IMG/VR virus record: IMGVR_UViG_3300032174_000006
Location: 1-62,842 of that record
Source: a virus
Taxonomy: Duplodnaviria > Caudoviricetes
Length of the DNA: 62,842 bases
Reading direction: 5' to 3' (one strand)
Part shown: positions 45,935 through 54,347 of the stretch, in pieces
How the letters are laid out: each line of letters begins with the position of its first letter
Position numbering within the stretch: the stretch's first letter is position 1
Translations under genes and position numbers: made by a program
The notes under the pieces: generated by a model
Told to the model about the DNA's origin: nothing
Databases searched by the model: none
Seen by the model: only the letters and a program-made list of their open reading frames with translations

Positions 45935-46898
45935 TGTTATAAAAACCCAACCCGCGGCCTGCCAGTCCCGGCATCCTCGCCGTGATCCAATTATCGACGG
46001 TATCTTTATCAACTTGACGGTCCTTTTGCAAGAGGCTTCTGTAATCCGCCATGGTCGCGCCGCGAAGATATTTGAAATCCGGACCGGAGGAGCGCGGGGA
46101 CATGTCTTTGTTCGCTTCCGCCCATTCGTACGCGAGGTCCTTCGCGCGGGCGAGAACGGTTTCTTCGCGGAGTTGCGGGGGGATCGTGTCGGAAGGGGAG
46201 ACGAGGTCGGCGCCGTTGCGGACGCCGTAGCACTGGTAGGTGAAGAGTTGGATCGGCTGGCCCCAGAGTTCGAATAGCGGGAATTGAAACGTCGCGGATT
46301 GGTTCACGGTGCTGGCCCCGCGTAGATCAAGTCCGATCGGCACGACGCGCGTGGGAAATTGATACCAAGTTCGTTGCGGGTCCATCGCGTCGATCTCCGC
46401 GCGGGTAGTGACGAGGTCGAGGTCGATGAACATTTGAGGATTGCGGACGCTGATCCAGGTGCGGAAGTCTTTGAATGAGGCGGCGTAGTAGAGCTGATAA
46501 ATTTGAAATGCTTGCCCCGCGCCGCCGGGATCGCCGAACACGCGGTCGAGTGTCGCGGCGCCGGTGACGGAATTGTACTGGATGATGGAGTAGATTCCCC
46601 CGACGCCGATACGGAATTGACGTTGGGTGATTAAGGAGTATGGATTCGCGACGACAGACGCGTTGATCGCCGCGATTGCGGTTGCGTCGAAGGTGATGGA
46701 TGCGAAACCTTGTGTGGTGGTCACTGTGCCGGTATTGCACAGCGGCGGCGTGATCCACGAGGATTCGAATAAGTTGAACGACCAGAGATTCGCGAGGCGG
46801 ATGGAGCGGTAGGCGCGATTAATCAGCGTGGGGGCGTAGGATATAGGGAGCTTCGGGACTGATCCACGAAGCTCCGTTTGCATCGAGATGAAGGACAT
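45897..46898 (-). CDS. head-tail adaptor/connector-like protein
   Basis: LINRAY..I....WSF N-terminus, L....DTIP motif; follows capsid genes. Confidence 0.6.
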   Translation of the reverse strand: MSFISMQTELRGSVPKLPISYAPTLINRAYRSIRLANLWSFNLFESSWITPPLCNTGTVTTTQGFASITFDATAIAAINASVVANPYSLITQRQFRIGVGGIYSIIQYNSVTGAATLDRVFGDPGGAGQAFQIYQLYYAASFKDFRTWISVRNPQMFIDLDLVTTRAEIDAMDPQRTWYQFPTRVVPIGLDLRGASTVNQSATFQFPLFELWGQPIQLFTYQCYGVRNGADLVSPSDTIPPQLREETVLARAKDLAYEWAEANKDMSPRSSGPDFKYLRGATMADYRSLLQKDRQVDKDTVDNWITARMPGLAGRGLGFYNTISGYAGPYAQL

Positions 46899-46916
46899 GT
46901 CCCATCCTCCATCCCC

Positions 46917-47096
46917 TTAGATCGACGATTTCGCGGACGCGCGCTTGCCGGGGGAGATTTTCCGCACCGGGGCTTTGTGATGGGAGTGGACGAGCGGCTG
47001 CTTGCCGCGCAGCTTCGGCCCGTGCGGCTGCTTCGGCTCTTTCTCGAATCCCAGTCCGGCTGCTACCGCTGGTGTGCTCATTCCGCTCTTGGCCAT
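46917..47096 (-). CDS. small basic protein (59 aa, below the ORF-track cutoff)
   Basis: GAGGAG RBS; MAKSGMSTPAV...HSHHKAPVRKISPGKRASAKSSI then TAA. Confidence 0.55.
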   Translation of the reverse strand: MAKSGMSTPAVAAGLGFEKEPKQPHGPKLRGKQPLVHSHHKAPVRKISPGKRASAKSSI

Positions 47097-47097
47097 T

Positions 47098-47451
47098 TTA
47101 CACTCCTCGAATCTGAAGTCGGATGGATTTCGTGTTTAGCGCCACGGCGTTCGCCACTTCCGCGGCGGTGGCGACGACGAACCAGCGCAGGGTCGCGGAG
47201 GCGACTGCGTTCGCTTTGTTCGCGACGGATGTGGATTGCCCAGTGAGCGTCACCATTACTTGATTCAGACCGTCGCTGGAGAGCGCGTCCACCTGCACAA
47301 GTTCAAATCCGCCGAGGCCGAAGTCGGAGGCGAAGATCGTCTCGCCGTTGCCCGCGCCGCCAAGATACGACGCCGGGCCGTCGTGATCGACGACAATTTC
47401 GATCTTATCCCCGATGGGGAGGGAATATCCGTCCATGATTCGATTCGCCAT
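47098..47451 (-). CDS. putative head decoration/structural protein
   Basis: AAGGAG RBS; beta-rich; capsid operon. Confidence 0.6.
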   Translation of the reverse strand: MANRIMDGYSLPIGDKIEIVVDHDGPASYLGGAGNGETIFASDFGLGGFELVQVDALSSDGLNQVMVTLTGQSTSVANKANAVASATLRWFVVATAAEVANAVALNTKSIRLQIRGV

Positions 47452-47460
47452 GGGGGCTCC

Positions 47461-48117
47461 TTAGATTCGTCCGCAGAAGATACCACGGGTGAGCATGACT
47501 GTGGAAATAACCGTCGATGACGGGAGCCCGTACGCGACTCCAAGCAACGCCGCCACGGTGATTTCGCTGACCGTCGCGCCGACGTCGGCAGGATAGCCGG
47601 AGGTGGTGGCAAGGTTCGCGGAAATTTTCGCGCTGACCATGTGACCGTCGCCGGATGTGGTCCCGAGTTGGAAGTTATCAAACAGCACGGATGCCGCGCC
47701 GGAGACCTGAATCCAGCCGAAGTTACCGGCAGTGACGACATTGATGAAGACGCCCGCGATATGCGTAGGGAGTGCGGCGGTCGGGTCCGCGTCGGTATAG
47801 ACTTTGTACGCGACGCCGATGTCCGCGGTCTTGTTGAAGGCGATGCAGCCACGCTGCACGGGGCGTACGCCGCCGGTGGCGACTTGGACGTATTCATACA
47901 CGCCGCCGAAGAGGGTGCCGATGACGGTATCCGAAAGCGCAAACGCGGTGGCATCGTCTAGCGCGATACGGTCTCCGGGGATATCCTGCGACACCGACGG
48001 TGACGTGACGCCAGCCGGGAGTGAGACGATCACCCCGCCCTGGTTCGCGTCGTTCACATCGTTCAGGAACTTCGCGGTGTTGAATGTAGCTTGCTTGGTG
48101 AGCATTCCTGCTGCCAT
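47461..48117 (-). CDS. putative capsid cement/decoration protein
   Basis: directly after the MCP; YEYVQ...GNFGWIQVSG motif. Confidence 0.65.
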   Translation of the reverse strand: MAAGMLTKQATFNTAKFLNDVNDANQGGVIVSLPAGVTSPSVSQDIPGDRIALDDATAFALSDTVIGTLFGGVYEYVQVATGGVRPVQRGCIAFNKTADIGVAYKVYTDADPTAALPTHIAGVFINVVTAGNFGWIQVSGAASVLFDNFQLGTTSGDGHMVSAKISANLATTSGYPADVGATVSEITVAALLGVAYGLPSSTVISTVMLTRGIFCGRI

Positions 48118-48147
48118 GTTGATCTCCTTTACGGTGCTACATTCAAA

Positions 48148-49293
48148 CTAGAAGCCTGCGCCGATGATCTGCGCGTTGTCGCGGGGGGAGGTCGTGTAAC
48201 AGTTGAGCGCCGCTTTCAGGAACATCACCACGAGGTCCGGGTTCGTTTGCGAGCGGATCGGAGGCGTGAAATTGAAATTGTACTCCGGATCGGCGGAGGG
48301 GCGGATTTTCCAGCCCTTCACGCGCAGCCAGAAGAACGGCTCGCCGGGGTTGATGGTCACGGCGGTGGAGGGGTAGTTCGAGATCGCGAGCTGCGCGGCG
48401 GTCAGCACCGGCATCGTGAACGTGGACGGCTTGATGGAAGTCGTCTGCGAGAGGCCGGAGGGGAGGATGGTCCCGTATTTGGTGGATGGCGCCAGCTTCT
48501 CCTCGAAGATCATGGCATCCAGCAGCTTGAGTCCGCTCATTCCGATGCTGACGTCCTGCTCCATCGAGAAGCGTTGTTTCGGCTCCTGGCGTTCGAGGAG
48601 ATATGCGTAGAGCGCCTTGTTGCAGACGCCGATGTCCGGGCGCTGGACGCAGTTGAGATATGCTTCCACGAGGACCTTGTAGGAGATTTGCCCCGTGCCG
48701 CCGGTCTGCGAGCCACACCAGATGGGGACCGAGTTCAGCACGTTCCCGACGACGCCGTTGCGGAGCTGGCCGCCGTAGGTGGTGAAGATGTTCCCGTCCC
48801 AGGAGGGATTGATGCCGTCGTTGAGCGCTTCGCTGATCCCGTTGATGAAGATGAGACGGTTCGACCCGGAGATGGATTGCCCGTGGCGGAAGAAGTCGAT
48901 GGAGATGTCCGTGTTGAGGGCCTGGACGGCGTTGGTCATGTACGCGTCCACTTCCTTGATCTTCACCGCGGGGCCGGAGCCCTGGATCACGTTCGTCCGG
49001 AACAGGTTCAGCGGGACCTGTTCAACATATTCTTTCGGGACGAAGGCGGTCGCCGCGAGGATTTGATTCTGCGTGACCTGGAGATCGGAGCCCGGCGCGA
49101 TCGCTCCGCCGTTCACGCGGTTGTACTGGAACGGGGTCTGCATAAGCGTGCCGCCGAGGAATTCGTCGAGGGCGCCGGAGGTGCGGAGCTTGCGCTGGAA
49201 GGCGGAATCGACGAAGAAACAATCGTAGAGGACATCGTCGCGGAGGTCCGCGAGAGTTGTTGCTGAAATCTGGTCAAATGTAGGATCTGCCAT
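48148..49293 (-). CDS. major capsid protein
   Basis: 381 aa after the scaffold, AGGAG RBS, strongly biased codons, INGISEAL motif. Confidence 0.8.
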   Translation of the reverse strand: MADPTFDQISATTLADLRDDVLYDCFFVDSAFQRKLRTSGALDEFLGGTLMQTPFQYNRVNGGAIAPGSDLQVTQNQILAATAFVPKEYVEQVPLNLFRTNVIQGSGPAVKIKEVDAYMTNAVQALNTDISIDFFRHGQSISGSNRLIFINGISEALNDGINPSWDGNIFTTYGGQLRNGVVGNVLNSVPIWCGSQTGGTGQISYKVLVEAYLNCVQRPDIGVCNKALYAYLLERQEPKQRFSMEQDVSIGMSGLKLLDAMIFEEKLAPSTKYGTILPSGLSQTTSIKPSTFTMPVLTAAQLAISNYPSTAVTINPGEPFFWLRVKGWKIRPSADPEYNFNFTPPIRSQTNPDLVVMFLKAALNCYTTSPRDNAQIIGAGF

Positions 49294-49308
49294 GTCACTC
49301 TCCTAAAG

Positions 49309-50145
49309 TTAATTCGTCCGTGTTCCCGCTTGTCGATCCGCCCAAGACTTTGCCGCGTGCGCGACCCGGTCGCCGGAACCGTTGTCGCCGTCCAGACCCG
49401 CTTCCCAGGGTGCTTTGTCACGGCCGGCCTTCGGGCGCGCGACGAACGGGGAATTGGAGGTGCCTGCCGGGACGGTGTTCGGATTCGCGTATTGCGAGGC
49501 GAGTTCGGCGGTGACCTTCTCGCGTTCTTCTTTACGAATCGCCGCTTCGTGCGCCTCGCGGTCGGCTTTGGAGCGGGCTTCGCGCGCGGCCGGGACGCCG
49601 TATTTTTCCTGCCAGTGCTGTTCCACCGGCTTCCGCGCGGCGACGGCTTCCTTGCGGAGTTCGCGGAAGTTTAATGGCTTGTCCGGGAACAGTTGCCGAT
49701 GCTCGTAGGCGATATCCTGCGCCACCGCGATCGCGTCGCCTTCGCGCTCGGCGATGGAGACGATTTCGTCGCGGGTGAAGTAGCGATTCGGGTCGAAGTC
49801 GGCGGCACCGGGCTTCGGGGCAGCGGCGGCCGCGGCGGCGGTCCCGTCCGGTTTGTATCCCATTTCCTCGGCCACTTTGCGGAGGGATTCATCAGTCGAG
49901 GAGACGACCAGCGCGCGGAGGCGGGCGGCTTCGGCGGCGGCTTTCGTCGCCTCCTGCTGCGCTTTCGTGAGATTCGGCTGGGCGACTTTCTCGTACCAGT
50001 CGTCGGCTTTTTGCTTGTAATCCGCGATGGCGGCGGTCGCGCGGGCTTCCTGCGCCTCGAATACCTTCTGCGCGAGCGGCGTGTTCATCGTCGCGATGTC
50101 TTCTGCTGTGGCTCCCTGCGATGCGAGAAATTCAGCGTATGTCAT
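49309..50145 (-). CDS. scaffolding protein
   Basis: charged helical Ala/Glu/Lys-rich protein preceding the MCP. Confidence 0.7.
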   Translation of the reverse strand: MTYAEFLASQGATAEDIATMNTPLAQKVFEAQEARATAAIADYKQKADDWYEKVAQPNLTKAQQEATKAAAEAARLRALVVSSTDESLRKVAEEMGYKPDGTAAAAAAAPKPGAADFDPNRYFTRDEIVSIAEREGDAIAVAQDIAYEHRQLFPDKPLNFRELRKEAVAARKPVEQHWQEKYGVPAAREARSKADREAHEAAIRKEEREKVTAELASQYANPNTVPAGTSNSPFVARPKAGRDKAPWEAGLDGDNGSGDRVAHAAKSWADRQAGTRTN

Positions 50146-50155
50146 ATTTTACTCC

Positions 50156-50461
50156 TCATGCTCCGACTGGCGGAGCGGCCGGTTCGGATGGTTCCGCGTG
50201 CTGCATCACGGCCGGCATTACCTCTCCCCGTATCAATTCGTTGATCTTCGCCACCGCTGCGCTCGCGCCTGGGTAAGTCTTCGCGATCGCGCGGAGTCCC
50301 TGCACCACCTCCAGCATCATCTTCGTCCCCTGTTCCACGGCTGGCGAAGGCGTCGCAGGCGCGGGGGAAGCGGAGACAGGAGAACTCGGCGTCTGCTGTT
50401 GGGCAGAGGAGTCGTCTCCGGTCGAGGGAGGCGGGGGAAGCGAAGGTGCTGGGGATGCCAT
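50156..50461 (-). CDS. hypothetical Pro-rich protein
   Basis: packed ORF upstream of the scaffold. Confidence 0.6.
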   Translation of the reverse strand: MASPAPSLPPPPSTGDDSSAQQQTPSSPVSASPAPATPSPAVEQGTKMMLEVVQGLRAIAKTYPGASAAVAKINELIRGEVMPAVMQHAEPSEPAAPPVGA

Positions 50462-50464
50462 TCA

Positions 50465-50632
50465 TCAAACTTTCTTGTGCGCCTGTTTGGAGGCTTTTTT
50501 CATGGTGCCGTGGGTCATGTTCTCGGAGCGGAAGTCCCCGGCGAGGGAGAGTTTGCGCTTGCCGCCGCCGAGCTTCGCGAGGTTGCCGACGAACCCGCCG
50601 TGTTTCGCTTTCGACTTGCCGTATCCTGCCAT
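50465..50632 (-). CDS. small basic protein
   Basis: AAAGGAG RBS before ATG 50632; Lys/Gly-rich. Confidence 0.65.
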   Translation of the reverse strand: MAGYGKSKAKHGGFVGNLAKLGGGKRKLSLAGDFRSENMTHGTMKKASKQAHKKV

Positions 50633-50821
50633 CGGGTACTCCTTTACGTTGCGGCTTGGGATGATTCTGTTCAGTGGCATTGCAATCTCATCGCGTGGTG
50701 CGGAATGGAAAGGGGAGCGATGGATCGCGCCAGTCGCCGCCCCCTCTCCGGTCAGATCCCTACTCGGGAGACGCCGCGATCTCGGATTAGGAGCGCGGAA
50801 TCGTTTCCGGGTGGGTAGCGG

Positions 50822-50866
50822 CTACTTCTTGTGTTTCTTGCGGCGGTTCATCACGTCGTTCTTCAT
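50822..50866 (-). CDS. 14-aa basic micropeptide MKNDVMNRRKKHKK
   Basis: AAGGAGG RBS upstream of ATG 50866; TAG 50824-50822. Confidence 0.5.
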   Translation of the reverse strand: MKNDVMNRRKKHKK

Positions 50867-50884
50867 GATCGTTATCCTCCTTGT

Positions 50885-50920
50885 AAAATAAAAAAGCCCG
50901 CGACGGTGAAGTCACGGGCC
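50885..50920 (-). terminator. intrinsic terminator between the portal block and the head genes
   Basis: GCCCGTGAC-TTCACC-GTCGCGGGC followed by TTTTTTATTTT. Confidence 0.75.
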
Positions 50921-50992
50921 GATTGATATTCTCCACGAGGGAGAATCAAATGGAAACCCACGGTGAGAGTACGTTACGGCAGGGGAGTGCTG

Positions 50993-51205
50993 TCAAGTCT
51001 TATTTTGATTAAAGTTTACTTTTTGTTCTTCGCGGAATCGCAGAGTGGCAGGTCCGCCGCAGGCGATGTCGATGAAGAGGGTGCCGGTGACATGTTCGCG
51101 GCGGATTTGCGCGAGCGCGGCGAGGACGGATTCGTCGCCGAGGTCGAGGGAGAAGTGGCGTTCGCGGATCACGCGGGTGTTTTCGGCGGTGATGGTGGAA
51201 GTCAT
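50993..51205 (-). CDS. hypothetical protein
   Basis: TAATG overlap with the portal stop. Confidence 0.6.
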   Translation of the reverse strand: MTSTITAENTRVIRERHFSLDLGDESVLAALAQIRREHVTGTLFIDIACGGPATLRFREEQKVNFNQNKT

Positions 51206-53301
51206 TATTTTGACGTACTAATAGTTGATCTGGCTCCAGAGTCCTTGGACTGTATAGAAGGGGGCGCATTAAATGTCGGCGGCCGACCTTCCGGCGCGGC
51301 ACCGTTCGGCTTCGGTGCGCCGGGCGGGGGAGCGCCAGCACCGCCGCCGCCGGGAGGAGTCAGCCCGAGAGACGCGGCGAGCGCCTGCCCTTTCGCGGCG
51401 AGTTCCAGCTCCATCATTTTTTCGCGCTGGAAGCGTTCGATGCAATCGTTGCCTTCGATGGTGCCGTAATTCGGGACGCTGCACGCTTCGGCGATGGTTT
51501 GTGAGTCGATCATGATGCCGACTTTGCGGAGTTGGATCAGCAGGAGCCGCATCTGCATCTGCGTCAGCTCGTGGAGAGAATTCGGGAGGATAAAGAATTC
51601 AAGGTTGTCGGCGAACGTGCGCGCGCGTTTGATGCGGTCGGTCGGGGATGGACGTTCGGTGTCCTCGCCGGGCATATGCGACGGGATGAGGGACGAGGGG
51701 TCGTAGTCGAATACCTGTGGTGCCACGCCATCCGCGCCCACCCACTGCATGATGCGAGCCGTGGTGTAATACTGGCAGATGAGATATTTCACCATCACGC
51801 CGAGGTCGCGCATCGGCGGTTCCATGCTGCGAGACAAATCCTCGATGATCGGCCCGTTCGCTTCCATGATCTTTTCGAGTTCGTCCATCGAGCCGACGGC
51901 GCGCATCTTCGCGAGCGCCATCACGTCGGAGATGCCCATTTGATTGTCGAGGGTGCCTTCGAGGTATTGGATCATGGTCATGGACTCGGGCGTGACCTTC
52001 AGCGTTTCAGCGTCCACGGTCAGGGAAAATGGCTGGCCTTCGATTGCGGAGCCGTCGAAGCCAATGCGGTCGCCGGGCTTGTATGGGTCATAGCGGCGCG
52101 CTTCGGACATGTTCACTGCGTTGGAATCGTAGGCGAGGGAAGGATTCAACTGTTGGCCGATTTTGTCCATGTTGCCGCGCGCGATTTTGTTGATGGAATA
52201 TTGGATTTCGTGACCGTCGTGGACGAGAGAGAAACCAAGCGGCTCCCACGGCCAGGAGTCCATTGTGAAGCTGACGGCTGGGACCATACCGTGCCAGTCG
52301 AAGGATGGGCCGTCGTAGGTGATGACTTGGTCGGAGGAGATGATGAGGCGGCGGTAGGGATACAGGCGCGCGTCGGTTTCGTTCGCTTTGCGGTAGATGG
52401 GAGTGCCGGAGCGCGGGTCTTCTCCGACGCGGATGTCTTGGCCGTAGAAGGGGACTTCGTAGGACCAGGAGGAGCCGGGCTCGCCCATCACAATCGGACG
52501 GTCGGTCTTGTTGATAGTGAGGTCGATGATGTAAGCGTAGCGGATTGGGACGAGGAGATCCGTCATCGCTTCGGTGGAGGAGCCACGTTGCGGCTTGCCG
52601 AAGATGCGCTGGAGAAGATTGCCGGAGGATGCTTTTCGCACGCCGTCGTTGGCGTACCAGTAGCGGGAGGTGGAAGGGTTCAGCTTCGACTGGTACAGAG
52701 GAAACATAGCGTGGGCCATATACACGGGCATCTCTTCGAGGATGGTAACAACGTAAGCCTGCTGCCAGTCGCCGGTAGCGGGGAGTTGGAACGGGAGAAC
52801 GCAGGGAGCGCCATAAGTAAATAGTTTAATATCTCCGCGTCCGGTCCCACCCATATCGCGACGGTAGACGGGTCGTACCCATCCACGTCCTGTCGCTGCG
52901 GCATACTGTAGCGCCTCCTTTATCGACGTGTCCGCGAACTGTTTGAGATACCACGCGCGGGTGACTTTGTTCATCATCGCGGCTTGGTCTTTGTAGGTAT
53001 TGTTCTCGGAGTGGTATCCCCAGAATGGACGGAGCTTCGACATCGCGCCGACGACTTCGCGGACGTTGCGCTTGAGGCGATTGGTGGAAACTTTCGAGCG
53101 GTATTCGGCGGAGGAGGGGTAGGACGGGTCCTGCCCGGCGAGGATATCAAGGGCCCGATTCCAATCTTTGAAGCCGCGTTGGGATTTGATCCACGCGAGA
53201 CCTTCCTGCGTGCATTCGTTCATCCAGCCGAGACGACGGTCCTCGGAGACCGCGGCGGGAGGGGCCTGCCATTCTTTGTAGAGTTTGTCGTCAGTTGCCA
53301 T
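51205..53301 (-). CDS. portal protein
   Basis: ~700 aa between terminase and scaffold; helical N-terminus, Pro/Gly tail. Confidence 0.8.
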   Translation of the reverse strand: MATDDKLYKEWQAPPAAVSEDRRLGWMNECTQEGLAWIKSQRGFKDWNRALDILAGQDPSYPSSAEYRSKVSTNRLKRNVREVVGAMSKLRPFWGYHSENNTYKDQAAMMNKVTRAWYLKQFADTSIKEALQYAAATGRGWVRPVYRRDMGGTGRGDIKLFTYGAPCVLPFQLPATGDWQQAYVVTILEEMPVYMAHAMFPLYQSKLNPSTSRYWYANDGVRKASSGNLLQRIFGKPQRGSSTEAMTDLLVPIRYAYIIDLTINKTDRPIVMGEPGSSWSYEVPFYGQDIRVGEDPRSGTPIYRKANETDARLYPYRRLIISSDQVITYDGPSFDWHGMVPAVSFTMDSWPWEPLGFSLVHDGHEIQYSINKIARGNMDKIGQQLNPSLAYDSNAVNMSEARRYDPYKPGDRIGFDGSAIEGQPFSLTVDAETLKVTPESMTMIQYLEGTLDNQMGISDVMALAKMRAVGSMDELEKIMEANGPIIEDLSRSMEPPMRDLGVMVKYLICQYYTTARIMQWVGADGVAPQVFDYDPSSLIPSHMPGEDTERPSPTDRIKRARTFADNLEFFILPNSLHELTQMQMRLLLIQLRKVGIMIDSQTIAEACSVPNYGTIEGNDCIERFQREKMMELELAAKGQALAASLGLTPPGGGGAGAPPPGAPKPNGAAPEGRPPTFNAPPSIQSKDSGARSTISTSK

Positions 53302-53851
53302 AAGACTTCCAAGAACGATGCGTACGTACCGCACTGACAGTTTGCTCAGAAATATTCAGTCTTCGAGCTAAGACTAAATTCGATTCGTTGGATACCCTAA
53401 TCATCGTAGCATTTTCCATTGTCAGTTTAGACCGGATTCCCCGATGTGCATTCATCGCAGGAGTAACGATCTCTAAGTGACTGGGATTTATACATGCCCG
53501 ATTTCGGCAAAGATGATCTAAGGGAAATCCTTTCGGAATAGGCCCAAAAGTAAGCTCAAAGGCCACGCGATGAGCTAACCGTACATTGGAAAGTCGTATG
53601 TTACAGATTCCGTATCCGGCGTGATTTAGGCAGCCAGTCCATTCCATACAATCTGGCCATCCCGACAAAGGAATCGGCCGCGTACGCGACCAGAAGCGGG
53701 TAAAACTTCTAAGAGGATGATGTCCATTTCCATGACTAGGCAAATAATAAACAGGCTGCCCCCTAACGTGGCCTAGCTTGCTATTTGTGTGCTTTGCTAT
53801 GGGAGCTTGTCCCCCACATCCGCACTGACACAGTCCGCTTTTATTGGACAA
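53291..53851 (-). CDS. HNH homing endonuclease
   Basis: CQCGCG, CMEWTG..GYG..HR..DHLCRNRACINPSH, C-terminal HTH-like segment. Confidence 0.88.
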   Translation of the reverse strand: MSNKSGLCQCGCGGQAPIAKHTNSKLGHVRGQPVYYLPSHGNGHHPLRSFTRFWSRTRPIPLSGWPDCMEWTGCLNHAGYGICNIRLSNVRLAHRVAFELTFGPIPKGFPLDHLCRNRACINPSHLEIVTPAMNAHRGIRSKLTMENATMIRVSNESNLVLARRLNISEQTVSAVRTHRSWKSYGN

Positions 53852-53860
53852 GGATTTTCC

Positions 53861-54331
53861 TCAAAAATTAACCCGATCTAAACTCACCCGTTCGTCATTC
53901 GTGCGGCGATTCTTCGGAGTGTCGTTTTCGCGCGAGTGGAGGTACATGGTCCGTTCCATGAAGCGTTGGCGATGACGGTCGCGTTTCTGTTCCTGAAGCT
54001 GAAGATACGCTTCGATGAAGTCGCGCTCGTAGGGAGTAGTAGAATCGCTCACCATTCGCTGACGCAGACGGTCGGTGATCTCGCGTTGCTTGCGGCCGAG
54101 GATCGCGTCGTCATGCAGGATTTCTTCCTCGCACGCGCGGCGTTCTTGTTCGATCAGGGTGAATTGCAGCTTATCAATCTCCCCGAGTGTGCGCGCGGCC
54201 TCGCGTGTGTAGCCGGATGGCGTGGGGAAATCGGAATACGGCGAGAGCATAAGGAATCCGGGCGGGTGAGCAGGGTCACGATGGTTGCGGAAATATATCA
54301 CCGCTTCGAGCGAGCCGAGGTATCCGTTCAT
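53861..54331 (-). CDS. hypothetical protein
   Basis: 156 aa between terminase and portal. Confidence 0.65.
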   Translation of the reverse strand: MNGYLGSLEAVIYFRNHRDPAHPPGFLMLSPYSDFPTPSGYTREAARTLGEIDKLQFTLIEQERRACEEEILHDDAILGRKQREITDRLRQRMVSDSTTPYERDFIEAYLQLQEQKRDRHRQRFMERTMYLHSRENDTPKNRRTNDERVSLDRVNF

Positions 54332-54347
54332 GCGGGGAAGTATGCGC

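Noticed and set aside
51532-52824. Long plus-strand ORF (430 aa) and similar ones at 48091..49266 (+) and 15253..16722 (-)
   Set aside because: Antisense shadows of portal, capsid and polymerase caused by high-GC codon bias; no motifs.
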